Origin: Cystobasidiomycetes sp. EMM_F5 | Lineage: Eukaryota | Direction: 5' to 3' | NCBI GenBank assembly: GCA_051047955.1 | Contig: JBPGPT010000010.1 | Span: forward strand, 372,001 to 436,000 | Length of the DNA stretch: 64,000 bases | Shown: positions 50,842-62,704 of the stretch, piece after piece | How the letters are laid out: each line of letters opens with the position of its first letter | How positions within the stretch are numbered: position 1 is the first letter of the stretch | Notes under the pieces: model-generated | Told to the model about the DNA's origin: nothing | The model's input: the letters and a program-made list of their open reading frames with translations, nothing else | Databases searched by the model: none | Made by a program: the position numbers and the translations under genes

Positions 50842-53553
50842 CTAGACATCCAAGCCCTGTTGCTTGAGAAACTGATCTATCCAATCCGCTGTAGCACCGG
50901 AAGGTTCTCCACCAAACATGTCTGACGGATTCGTAGTATTGGACTGCGGAAGGTTGGTATACTGGGCGAATGCGCCGTTGTCTACGCCGGACAGACTATC
51001 TGCACCGTTCTCAAATGTGTAGAATTGGAAGTACTGGTCGAGCGAGACATTGACCGGCGGCGGTGAGGAATTTTGCTGCGTTGGCGTAATTTGAATGAGC
51101 TTCAGCCTCATATCTGTGAGAGCGCTATCAATGATGCGGAGTAAAGGCAGCACCTGATGTCGTACAAGTGTTAGCTGGTACCAAGCAATATCCCGTACGG
51201 TGTCCAGTCGTAGCTCACCGACGCGCTACTCCATCCAGTAACGGCCAACGCTTCTCGTAGCGCCTGCACTTCTTTAATCTTGGTTTCGAGAGTATAGTCA
51301 TCGCGACCGCCTTCTTCCTTCGTTGAGACCGCTATCAACACTTCTGCCCACGAATTTATGCCTTCATAGATGAAATAGCCAGGAATGAAGAATTCTGCGG
51401 CGTCTCCTCCTCGTGACAGGAAGACCTCCTGGACGCAGTAATTGCGTCAGCGACAAGAGTTTATACTGAGAAATTGCACAACTCACCTGTATACTACCGA
51501 CGACGCGACGTGCAGCTTGAAAAGCCTCTTCTGCAGCTTTCAGCCTCAATGCTTGCAGTTGTAGTCTGTACTGTCCAAAGCTAAAAGGATCGGCCGTCCT
51601 AGCTCGAGCGAGATCCTCTTCGCCGCACCGCTTTCGCACCAGGGCATTCGCACGCGCTACTGTCCAATCCATACAATACCGCATCACTGCCACCTGGTCA
51701 GGAAAGGGTTGACCCCGCTTTGGCGCCATTTGTAAGGTAGCAGCTGTAGCGTCTTCCAAAGTTTGCCTGACGAGCGCAAATGTCGCCCACATAGGCTCAA
51801 ACAAGTCCATCTTTAAACGAGGTTTTGACATTGCCCATGCTAGGTATGGACGCCAGTCAGCATAGATACATCAACCTTTGTGGAACATGTCGCACTTACG
51901 AGAGCTGGCATCTTCGCTCAAAGCACGAGCTTGTATAATGACCAATGTCCACAACCGCATCAATTCCTTGCCCTCAAAATTGCTGTACCATCCGCTTTAT
52001 ATCAGTGTCCAGAGATATCGCTGTGATTACCCGGCCATACCTCTCCGCCCAGCTGTCACACAATTCCTTCACCGTTGGCATACGCTTGGCCATATCGATA
52101 TTGAGAAGCATTTGCAACTCGTTGAGCGAGCTGCCATTGCAAGCATATCAGTCAGCTATCGTTAGGATGTCCTGACCGCTAGCTGCCTTAGTTCGCTTCA
52201 ACAGCTGGCACTTACTAGTGTAGACCTCGCCCAGTTGTCGCAGCGACCAGCGAGTCTCTGATCACCGATGTCCAGGTAACGCTATAAAAGCCATAGTCTC
52301 GCACAATACCGTCGTCGAAGTTTTCGCCAACGCCACGAATGGCCTCTGCAGCCGCGGCCGAGTAGGTTCTTGCTTCGTTTGTCGCGTTTGTGCCGAAGCA
52401 TATCGGTTCTCGCCACACTGTATACAGACGAAGATTCCAGACCTGTGAGTAATGTGGTCCAGTCGCAGGAGCTGGCAAGTCATACACACCTTGTATTAGC
52501 ATCTCAGCCAGGGTCAAGGTAACGGCACTACGCATAGTCGCCAGTGCAAAGACCCCATTCTCGTTGACTCGCGTAATGAATGCGTTGAACAAGTCTGTCG
52601 CAAGAGCCTCCCGACGTTGACCGTACGTACATAGGCTATTATCGAGCCGAAGTTCCTTTCTTGTCCCGACATCCGACAAGGAAGGCGCATTCTGACCGAC
52701 GAGTGCTGCAGAGTTGGCTGTCCTTGCACTTATCGCTGCCAAACCAAGATATAACGCTTGATTGACAGGGTCCATGCCGAGCAAGCTCGACCCAGCTGCT
52801 TCGAACTCTGCTGCTATATTGATCCATCGCAAAAGAGGAAAGTACGATATTCTCATTCTTGAGATGGAGTGGATGAGCTGAGAGATGAGTGCTCCCATCT
52901 CTGATGTATGAGCAAGGTCGACTTCAGCCCAGGGAAATGTAGTCGATGGCCCGCCGGGATACAGCGAACGTGGCTCTGCTTTGCCGCTCCGTCTGACAAG
53001 CGTTGCCGGCACCATCTGCCCCGATGGAATGCTGAATGTCGCTGATACCGCAGACCCGGACGCTCCGCTAGCGTCACCGTAGAGCATCTTGGCCTGTGCG
53101 ATTCTTGCACCTTTCTGCGATGTCCGAGCTCGTGGGACTGAGTCTATGCATCTGCAAAACGACTCGTCAGCCTCTACATTCAGCATATATCATCCATGCA
53201 GTGCTCTGTACTTTATCTGCAGCGCCTGGCACTTTATGCAGTCGTGTTGCCCTGTCGTGTGTTCCCCCTATTTCAGCTTGCCGACGGCGTATGCAAGCAT
53301 GCGATATCATCGCCTCACCTGGAGCTCGGTCACACTTGACCCGCCGTAGCCTGCATGGGTCGCAGGCTCGTCGATTAGCCTTCTTTGCAGGGTGTGGCTC
53401 AGCTGGCGGTATTGCGACCGGTGACGGTGTGGTAGCACTGGACGCTAACTTGGCTTCGTCGGGCGACTGCGACGTCGACGGGACGGACACTGATGTGCTA
53501 GTCCACGCATCCTCCTGCTGCATGTACCATCCAGAGTTCTCGTCATACTGCAT
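50842..53553 (-). CDS. Zn(II)2Cys6 fungal transcription factor
   Basis: The spliced motif CDPCRLRRVKCDRAPGQHDCIKCQALQIKC (C-x2-C-x6-C-x8-C-x2-C-x6-C) is split over two introns. A helical middle region and acidic C-terminus follow. Confidence 0.82.
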
Positions 53554-53764
53554 GGTTGGGATGAGTGAGGTCAGAACGTTGGAGATTGCGAAGCCGGTGC
53601 GTACAGGGGTGCAAACAAAATATGCCATAAAACGCAGATGGAGCAGGATAATTGATAGACCCAATGCAAAAATAGTACACGTGTGCATCGCACAAAGTCC
53701 TTGGTTTCCTCAACATCAATGACCGTCAAACGGGATGCTGTGACTACCGTGACCCGAACGAAGC

Positions 53765-55880
53765 CTAGTCCTGATGCGACCCTAAACTGCTATAGCGAGG
53801 CGGTAGACTTCTTCTATCCGTCTCTGCAGACGCCCGCAATCGCTGTCCTTCTTCGCCATTTCCCGATTCTACATCTGAATTGCGACCTTTCGCTTTGTGC
53901 TTACGCCCAGACGAGCTGCCTTCATCTTCGCTGTCTTCGTCGCCGATATCAAAGACAACATCGTCGCGTGCGACACCACCATACCCTGCTGGTCCGTCCT
54001 TGTCATCGGCCCCTTCTTCCGCTTCGAGGCGATTGCTTCGAAGGGTATCAATCTCGAACTCTTCGGCATCCGCTTCATCGGTAGCCAGCTCATCAGACAT
54101 TGCAAGACGCTGATTGTTCGATGTCGGACGCCATATGTAGGCGATGCTGGCGAAACTGGTGTGTTCGTTAAATTAGCATTTTCAGATGTGCTGTTATCGT
54201 GCAGTAATCTACCAAAGCAGGTAGAGCAGACCTAGCCAGCCGTCCAGCAGCCACCATTGACTCTGCCATGTATCTGGAGCAAAGTCGTCATCCAGTCGAT
54301 TCGAGAATGAAAGGCTCGTCATGACGAAAAAGGCAAGGATGACCATGATGGCTCCGACCAGGATGCGATACAGTCTCGTAAACATCTGTTTCTTGTACGA
54401 TTGTTTCCGGTTCTCCAGGTCTGCTATTGTCGCATTGAGCGCGTACATGATCCACACTGCGTACACATAACGTCAGCTGTAAAAGCTTACACGACACTCA
54501 AGTAACATACTCATGAAGGCCGATAGGGAGAATGCCAATGGGAAAATACAAAAGAAGATGAATATACCGGCGCTGTCCAGTGGTATCACAACTATCCCGA
54601 TTGAGTACCTGCATACACAATGTCAGCGTGCTTCCTAAAGTCATATGGTTGCAACTAAGCCGTACATTACGCCAAAGATGAAGTGGACAGCACCAAGTAT
54701 ACGAGCACGCGTCATGACTGCTCCGAGACTCGGTCGCACAATGCCGTATCCACAGCAGACTATCAGCAAGAGGAAGAAAGAGGAGCTATTCCGCAGCGCA
54801 TTGACAACTGCTACTAGGACCAGATAAGGCTGAGCGAGGTTTGCAGTACCGCTCGAGTTGATGTAGCGATAGTATCCGTTCAAAACCAGCATTTCGACCA
54901 GGATGATTCCGATGGTGCAGGATACATAATGCTGTATCGGCAATATGTCTCCTCTGTTTTTGAAGCAGAGAAAGGCCCACGCGGCACCGATGAGCGCATA
55001 GAGTATTGCTAAGATTCCGTAGAACCACGTCTTTGGATAGTCAGCAGCGGGTAGATGTCCATCAAAGACATTTTCGAAGTCGACCACGCCGGTGTAAGTA
55101 GTGCTATATCCCTTTGAAGTACCCGCTGGCAAGGACTGCCTCTTCGACCCAGGGTCTTCGTCATTCGCGATGCCTACAGGCACGGCGCCGACACAGTAGT
55201 ATCCTGTACTTCGAACTGGGTATTTGAAGGGTCCTGCATTTACTGCTAGACTTGTACCATTCACAGCGTCCACGGCAGAAGCTCGCGTGTCGAATCGCAC
55301 AGCTGTCGTGTATATTGAGGTGGTGTTCGAAGACCGGGCTGTGGGCGTATCAACTATGAATTGACCAAGCTGGTCTGATGTGCACAAGTTTGCCGAGTAT
55401 GCAGCTGCCGTACACACATAAACACGCTGAAGCAGGACCGGTAAGCAGTTTACACGTAAAATGAGATTCGCGCTGCAGGATGTACCTCTTCCTCCCACTC
55501 GTTGGTACCAGCCCCAGTGCCATCGGCATCGATACCAATGTATTTTGCATCCTTCCACTCGTAGATAATCAATGCCAATTGTCCCCGGGAGGACGGTGAG
55601 AATACGACTGCGATAGGCGTCGGCTGATATCGCTGGCGTTTATAGTCGAATATCCAGCGTACCTTCAATCCATGGCTCCCGACTTCCACCAGATCCCCAC
55701 ATACCGCTGCAGACCTGCCGAGCGTCATCTGTGTCGCTTCTGCCATGTTCCGTTTGGCTCGTCAGACCAGAAATACGCAATGCATTGGCATGGCAAACCA
55801 CTGCCTTACATTAAAACTTGATACGCGCCAGCATAGTGCAAATAGGATATTGCGAGCCATAGTAGCGGTCGCGGCAGCAT
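53765..55880 (-). CDS. PTM1: PTM1 / lung seven-transmembrane receptor (GOST family) Golgi-endosome protein
   Basis: Signal peptide, QVCSGMWG, LIIYEWKD, YPV..TGYYCV, F.N.F.GHLPAADYP, RNSSSFFLLLIVCCGYGIVRPSLG and WRPTSNNQR, with an acidic tail. Confidence 0.87.
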
Positions 55881-56037
55881 GGCTGCAATGGCTGCAGATG
55901 CAAGATTGTGGAGGCCGCGTTCGCTCTACAGTATTTTTGGCTTGAATGCTCCGATCACGCCTAATGGCGCTCCAGTCATTATGCTACATTTGACCTTACT
56001 GCTCTCTACAGCTATAGATGTTTTCTGCCTCTGTTTG

Positions 56038-56053
56038 TCTCTCTCTCTCTCTC
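56038..56053. repeat. (CT)n microsatellite
   Basis: tctctctctctctct run just downstream of the oxidoreductase stop codon. Confidence 0.7.
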
Positions 56054-56069
56054 CGCTTCTCGCGGCCAT

Positions 56070-57878
56070 TCAGAAGCCGAAATCTTCATAGATTACCTCC
56101 TTGTCTCGAAGCCATTCAGTAGCTTGCTTTAATAAAGCCGGTGTTGCGCACATGTACCACTTGTTGACGTTTGACAAGTCCTGCAAATCTGAGGCGTGGA
56201 TGCGGCGACCATTTACCGCCATCCCCTTTTCCTTCAGGCGTCTGAGCGGGTCTTGCATAGACCCTGTGTCTCCGGTCACAAACAGCCTTGTCCGCAATGC
56301 CAAAGCCGGATACCGCTGCACAGTGTCTTCAACCAGCGGTAAATCCTTCGGTCTGACAGTCCACGCTAAAGTCAAGTCGTTCATGTTGATCGAAGGAAGT
56401 GCAGACAGTAAAGGAGTGATGCCCACCCCGCTCGCAAAGAAACCAAATTGCAAGCCTGGCTCGTCGCCGCTGATGACGAATTCCCCGCCGAAGCCTTGAA
56501 CGATAACGTCTAGGTCTGTCCGATCGACGTCATGCTCGAAAAGATACTTCGTAACGCGCCCGACCTTGCGAAGCGTTAACTCAAATTCGTCTGCATGCAG
56601 ACTGGGTTCTGCCGGAGCGGAAGAGACTGTAAATGTCCGGACGTAATCGTCATTGAGGCTTGTAGGATCTGCGTCCCGCATGTGGCTGTAACCCTGCTGC
56701 AGTTTAGATGAAAAGTCAAGGGCCACCCACTGTCCCGCCTTGATTGGGATTGCTGTATAGTCATTGTCATCCCGTAACAGCCGGAACTTGAATCTAGCTA
56801 TGTCAGACGTTATCGAGGTGACTTTCAGTAGCTTGGCGGAGCGCTTCTGTTCTTCACTGGGGTCTCTGCCTTTCGTCTCTGTGGCTAGTTTTCGGACTCG
56901 CGGGTTATACGGTGAAGCTTCGCCAGCTTTACCACGAAAGTGCAGGCCAGCTTGTACGTGACGTGCATCGGTCACAGTCATCTGGACCGCGAGATTGCTG
57001 GCCGGCATGACTTTCGCTGCATCTGATCCTACCAGAATCTTGGTAGAACCAGTCACGTAAAGAACATCTCCGGTATTGAAGTCGGGAAAGACGATACCAG
57101 CAATAGGAGTAGTAACAAGGTTTCCCAATGACTGATACAGATTGTTGCCAGAGTATTCGGGCCAGATGATCGTTGATGCGCCTGATGCTTCTGTTTTTGT
57201 ACGAACAAAACCAGCTGGGCCTCCTCGATGATTTGTGTCCATTTCGGTACCAGAGTGTACGGACGATAGGAAGAAGAGGTCAGCTTGCGCGATAAGTCGC
57301 AGGCTATCCAAGGAAAGCTTAGCAGATTGCGAAAGCAGCTTGGGCACTGATATTTGCCGGCTGATGTGCTTTTTATTAAGATATTTCGGGCAATTGCCGA
57401 GGCTCCAATCAACATGGGCAATGATTTGTGCTTGTGCGTGCTGAGGCTCGTCTTCGTCCTCGTCTACTGTTGTCAGTGCTCCCGCTGAAACGGTTCCGGC
57501 TACCTTTACGCGACGTCTTGTCTCAAGGTCAATAGAGAGGGCGGAGAAGGGTGTGCCACGAAGGCCCTCTTCACAAACACCCGCGTCAAGCTTGTTGCCA
57601 AGTAATGCTTCTACGACGGGATCGTTAACAGCGTCCACCGGGACCTTTATTGCCATATTTGACTGTTGCAGGCCCATGGCTACGCCGCTCCACAGAGTCG
57701 TCCAAGGTCGACCTTCGCCATCAAGCGTGCCGAAAGCCAGCAGACGGTATCGATTGAGCATCACTGCTGCCGTACTGGAAAGATATGGAACGCTCGGGTT
57801 CTCGCGGTAGTCGACATGCATCATTTCTTGCATCTCTCGTTCCCCGCGATGCCAGGGCATTTCTGTGAAGATATCCAT
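56070..57878 (-). CDS. Pyridoxamine-5'-phosphate oxidase-like FMN-binding domains fused to an FNR-like FAD/NAD(P)-binding oxidoreductase; intronless
   Basis: WHRGEREMQ, GTLDGEGRPWTTLW, SLGNCPKYLN, DTNHRGGPAGFV, PEYSGNNLYQSLGN, GQWVALDF, RTFTVSS, ASGVGITP and terminal YEDFGF. Confidence 0.87.
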   Translation of the reverse strand: MDIFTEMPWHRGEREMQEMMHVDYRENPSVPYLSSTAAVMLNRYRLLAFGTLDGEGRPWTTLWSGVAMGLQQSNMAIKVPVDAVNDPVVEALLGNKLDAGVCEEGLRGTPFSALSIDLETRRRVKVAGTVSAGALTTVDEDEDEPQHAQAQIIAHVDWSLGNCPKYLNKKHISRQISVPKLLSQSAKLSLDSLRLIAQADLFFLSSVHSGTEMDTNHRGGPAGFVRTKTEASGASTIIWPEYSGNNLYQSLGNLVTTPIAGIVFPDFNTGDVLYVTGSTKILVGSDAAKVMPASNLAVQMTVTDARHVQAGLHFRGKAGEASPYNPRVRKLATETKGRDPSEEQKRSAKLLKVTSITSDIARFKFRLLRDDNDYTAIPIKAGQWVALDFSSKLQQGYSHMRDADPTSLNDDYVRTFTVSSAPAEPSLHADEFELTLRKVGRVTKYLFEHDVDRTDLDVIVQGFGGEFVISGDEPGLQFGFFASGVGITPLLSALPSINMNDLTLAWTVRPKDLPLVEDTVQRYPALALRTRLFVTGDTGSMQDPLRRLKEKGMAVNGRRIHASDLQDLSNVNKWYMCATPALLKQATEWLRDKEVIYEDFGF

Positions 57879-58122
57879 TATTTGCGCCTTGATGCACAGA
57901 GTAGTTGCATCGTTACAGCTGCAGCAAACGCATACCCCTCCGCGCTTTGCTGACAAATGAGCACGTGACGAACGAGGTACCGAGAAGACATCAAACGCGG
58001 TCATTACTCATTATTACGGCTTGCATGCGCCGGCTATGTGTCCGCGAGTCTATTCGCCATCTATCATAACACCGTTACCAGTCTAGATCTTTTCCGTTAT
58101 GAAATAAAACACTCAAATCAAT

Positions 58123-60291
58123 TTAGAACTTGTCGTCGCTATCATCGTCAAGTTTCGCAGCCTTGCCATCTGCGTACACCATGTGCGTGATTGCTGCGTC
58201 GCTTTGCATGTCCTCAGGCTCCCAGCCGCGTTGCTCGTGCCAGCCAGAAAGCTCCATGCTTGGTACTTTGGAGACGTAGCGAGTTAGAACATAGTATACC
58301 GACACAGAGACGAAGAATCCAATAAAAAAGTTCAGTCGGTACAAATAACTTTTTAGTATAGATCGTCAGTATTGAGTAAGTTGAATGTCTTGGCAAAAAT
58401 TCACTGACGTAGCTCCGATGGGGATGTTTTTGTTGGCTCCGACAGCTCCGCCGAAACCTGGAGCATTAGGAATGATGCCACAGATGTATGCGACATACGC
58501 TCTCCAGTTTACGCCGTAGTTGTACCATGCATAGCCTTTATGGGAGAACGAATAGAGGCTGGCGATATCCATATTGCCTCGACGGATCAAGAAGTAGTCG
58601 CAGAACATGACCTGAAAGATGAAAGAAGGTAATGTCAGTGACAAGCTCGTACTGCATTGCCTTATTCTTGCCCCTCACGCCAATGATGGCCGACAGGAAC
58701 ACGCTGTATGCCGACAAATACGTTGTGAAGTTGTTCGAGGACGACAATAGCTGCCACGGACACATCACAAACGCTACTAGCACAGCTATGTAGCCGCCGC
58801 GTCGGATTGTCAAGAATCGTGGCGCCAGAGCGGTCATATCGGTACCCGCAGAAATAGCTATTTCCGAAAGCGTCAGTGGGAGACCAATGTCTCATAGATA
58901 GTAACTCACTGTTTGCAGCGATGTTCGTGCCAAGTTGTGCAAGAATAAATGAGGCAGAGATGAAGAAGACCCCCGCTCTTGTGGCGGAATCGTAAGGAGT
59001 ATCGTCGAGCATCCGGGTGAGCATACCAAGTGGATTCCAAATAGGTTCGCCGTAGATAACGGTCGATGCAGAGGCTACCATTACACCGACCCATGAGACA
59101 ATACCGAATGTCATCGGGATAGCTATGATTTGTGGCCACAAGGCAGCTTCTGGCTTGTTTGCAAACCTGGAGAAATCGGAAGCGTTGCACCTGAGTGGAG
59201 GAAGTATTAGCAGTGAATCGAGGACATTAGCTATTCCAACGTACATGAGAGTCGCGAAATTGGCAATGGCCGACATAATGCCGTCAATCATGCTGTTTTG
59301 CGGGGACGCCAGTCAGTTTGGCCGCAAGACCATCGTACTGCCAGTAACTCACGCCCATCCTAAGTCACTGCCAGATGCAGTACCCCCTTGTTTGACGATG
59401 GGTCCAATGCCGTGCGCCTTGACGATGATCCAGATGAAGTATGCGATACCGGCGATTGGTGCTACGATAGACTTGACAGTAAACAGATGTCTGACTTTCT
59501 CAACGGGGAACCAGACTGCTGGAATGTGGAGGAGAATGAAGAGGAAGAATGACACAAAATCCCTTGTAGTCGTTCCACTTGATGCAGGCATGCTGTTGGG
59601 CAGGTTGTTGTAGCTAGGTGCCAGCGAGCGAAGGAGTAAAGTAACGCATTGCCCTCCAATCCAAGATTGCACTCCTGTCCAGACACACGCCATACTGCAG
59701 GGCGTGTTACTATGACGAGCACCGTACAAGCAGAGATGTCTGCTTACCCAGCGCGATTAAGAACAGGCCACAAGCTTCCAAAAATACCGAAACTAGATCT
59801 TGCGAATACCGGAAAGCCTGGACATAATCTTCAGTCGAGCCTATGGGACAGAACAGACATTCCTACCAATGTGATAGATAGCACCGGGTCTGGCGCCCAT
59901 GGCAACGAAGAAGCCGGTGACCGTATAGCCAATCCAAACGCAGAGCCATGCCTGCCACCATGACAGACCAGCAATAATGCTTGATGAGACTGTATGATTG
60001 ATTAGATACAAAATGTTACTACAGGATAGCAGCTTATCGCACCAATGAACCTGTCAAATGATATAGATGAGATTTAATTCTCCGCTTTAGCAAGTCTGGG
60101 TCTGGGACTGACCAAGTGTTGAGATTGAACCCATCAGCAATCCAAAATGTGATAAAGTTGCGCTTTCTCCATAATCGTCTGCCGGCTTCAACAGGCTTCA
60201 AGTCTTCGTTCTCGAGGAACATCTGCTTGGTAGACAGGCCGCGAGGATTTGGCGCCTCAATGAAGCGAACGAAGCGCTGTAGACCGCTCAT
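58123..60291 (-). CDS. NCS1 nucleobase:cation symporter (Fur4/Dal4-type uracil/allantoin permease)
   Basis: NEDLKPV..RR.W..NFITFWIAD.FN.NTW, GLSWWQAW, FPVFARSSFGIFGSLWP, NASDFSRF, LGTNIAAN, IRRGG and NWRAYVAY. Confidence 0.92.
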
Positions 60292-60380
60292 CGTTTTTGT
60301 TTCAAGGAGCTTCGTGACCGACGTAAGGTGTCAGAAGAGAGAAAGGACGGTCGCACGGCTCTCATCTCTCATTCTCTTGA

Positions 60381-60556
60381 AGATAAGAATATTTTGTTCT
60401 AGCGCAGCATTCTCGGGCGAGACGCTGGAGATTTGATTACAGCTTCCGGGAAGATCCAGATTACCCCTTTCTCCGCACGGAGGATTGACAATCTCCGCGT
60501 CTGAAAAAGCTGTCGCCGATCAGGGCAAACGGATAAGCAAACGCGATAGCGATAGC
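60381..60556. promoter_or_regulatory. Cluster of GATA elements upstream of the NCS1 permease (putative nitrogen regulation)
   Basis: GATAAG at ~60382 and ~60532 and GATAG twice at ~60545-60555, within 270 bp of the ATG at 60291. Confidence 0.35.
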
Positions 60557-61211
60557 GGGAACAGCAGGCTGCTAAGATTGACGAGCTACGCATACTGAAG
60601 AGAGATGTACGTTCAGCTGACTGAGTCTCTGTGTATGCCAGCGTCCGACAAGCCTCTGTCATTGCGAAAGCGGCCATCTGAATGACTACTGAATATGTCG
60701 AGAAAACTTTCTGAATGCGGATCTCCAATTTTGGTGCTCGACATCCTGTGGTGATGCGGGAATGCGCTTCAGCGAACTGGGCTCCAACAAGCTAGTCTCT
60801 TGCCGTGCATCAGCGCCTGCTAGTTCACTAAACGAACAGAAGCAAGAAATTGCGTCGCTGTAACGACCATCAGCCTCGCAGAAGGAAGGATTAATGAGCA
60901 CTCCGGCAGGCGTCTTGCGGGTTCGCGGCCTCAGTAGACAACGAAATTGACGTCAGCTCGCGTGCAGAGTAAAATCGTCACCACCGAGATTAGCCCTTCT
61001 TCTCCTGTCACGCACAGTCGGCTTATATGCGTTGTCTGAAGGGGAACCAAGATGGCCAACCTCCCTTCCTCAGTGCTGCGCTCAGCTCATTGATGTCGCC
61101 TTGACACGCCGTTAACGGTTTACAGGGCAGGGTCGGTTTCCGTGGCGCTGGCTGAATCCATCCAGGTCACTGACAAGATCATCACAAAAGAGAGCTGGTC
61201 TAGCAATCACC

Positions 61212-62590
61212 ATGGTGAGGACTCGAGGTGGTATACGCCGCAGAGGCCATTTCTATCCGCCGCGCAGTCGTAGCGTGTCTGCTGCTCCGTCCAGTCAGCA
61301 CGACCGCAGTCGACACAGCTCACCATTAACACCCCTCTCGACGGATGATGAGCCGGATCCGGGAGGCAATATAGACAATCAAGGGGCTCTGGATGGATTC
61401 TTCATGCACACCTCTCACTGTTCGGACAGTCAATTCCCATGCGAGACGGATGTCACGACTCCCCTAGCAGTACAAAACACAAAGGTACGGCAGCGATGGC
61501 GAGCTTCCGCTACATATCTGATTAATCCTGACGAAGTGTTGTCTGCTCTCGCAGATCCACGCTCGCGAGCTTCAGCCAAATTGCTTTATGTTTAGGCTGC
61601 CTGACGAGATCATCGACATCATCCTGAATCAGCAGTTATCGCCAAGCGATCATCTTGCGCTCGCCTTGACGTGCAAGTCTCTCCGTAGAGTATACACTCA
61701 CGATGTTCTCCATGTAAATCATTTCTGACAAATTGAATGCATCTGCTGACGGTACACATTGAGACTGATAGGCGCTTCGCAAACCGGATCTGCGCGAAAC
61801 GTCTGCAGAGTATCTACGTTCACATCTGTGGTCATCTCATATGAAGCGAAAGTATCGTACAAGCTTGACTGGCTTAGATGAAGGCTTGATCCACTGCTTA
61901 GATGCACACGCTATATCTGCCAGCCTTGTGGCCCCCAACTTCCCGCTCACTGCACACACTGCTGAATGCCAATCCATCAAGCCGACACACAGTCCCGCAG
62001 ACAAAGGCGCATCTATCGACAACTACCAGAAAGCTGAAAGTGTTCTGGGAACCACGGTGCTCCAAGTACCTGCAGAGCAATTTCTGAGAGGTCACAAGGC
62101 ATACTACTGGGAGGGACAGTCTGCATACAGTACAGTTTGATGTTTAGTCTTGATAGATGATCCTTGCCTGACGCCAGGCTTTTTTCGGCAGTTATCCCTC
62201 GTCTACAACTTGGCAAAGCCTGGTATACAGCAAGTACTTAGCACAATGTACGGTTCGGGCTGTGAACGCGCCCATGCAGCGATCCCTGACTTAGAGACAT
62301 GTTCCGCGACAGGCTTGTCCAGCAATTCCATGCCCCAAGTGTGTGAACATTGGCATCAACGAGATTGGATGGAGGAGGCAGCAATAAGGAGAACATGCAG
62401 TGTCTGTAGTACCGAAAGTGCAAGCGAGACTCTGACCGATTCGTCACGACACCTTGCCGTCTTGCATCAGGGCAGGCAAGGATTTAGACTTAGCAGGCTT
62501 CCTCAATGTACAGGGTTGAGACGGGCTGAACATTGTCTATGCCTTTGCGGTGCTGTACATTATCAGGTACACGGCTGTCCAGCAGAATAG
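61212..62590 (+). pseudogene. F-box gene copy A with a degenerate XPA-C-like remnant; in-frame stop, probably truncated or decaying
   Basis: F-box exon 61555-61713 (FRLPDEIIDIILNQQLSPSDHLALALTCKSL). An in-frame TGA lies at 62138-62140, and the same frame continues to RQGFR...YQVHGCPAE* at 62590. Confidence 0.5.
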
Positions 62591-62609
62591 GGGGCCCCCC
62601 CCCCCCCCC
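62590..62609. repeat. G5-C15 homopolymer tract
   Basis: GGGGG followed by 15 C, starting at the last base of the copy A stop codon. Confidence 0.9.
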
Positions 62610-62704
62610 AACTTGACCACCCTCCAACATATATACAAACAACCGTATCTTGGCCGCACATGCATTCCAAGTAACGGATCTACTGTGTTCTCTGGTACTG
62701 CCTA

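Noticed and set aside
62138..62143. In-frame TGA followed by TGT read as a selenocysteine-Cys pair
   Set aside because: No SECIS-like element was recognised, the context is not a redox fold, and Dikarya are not known to have the Sec machinery. A nonsense mutation is simpler.
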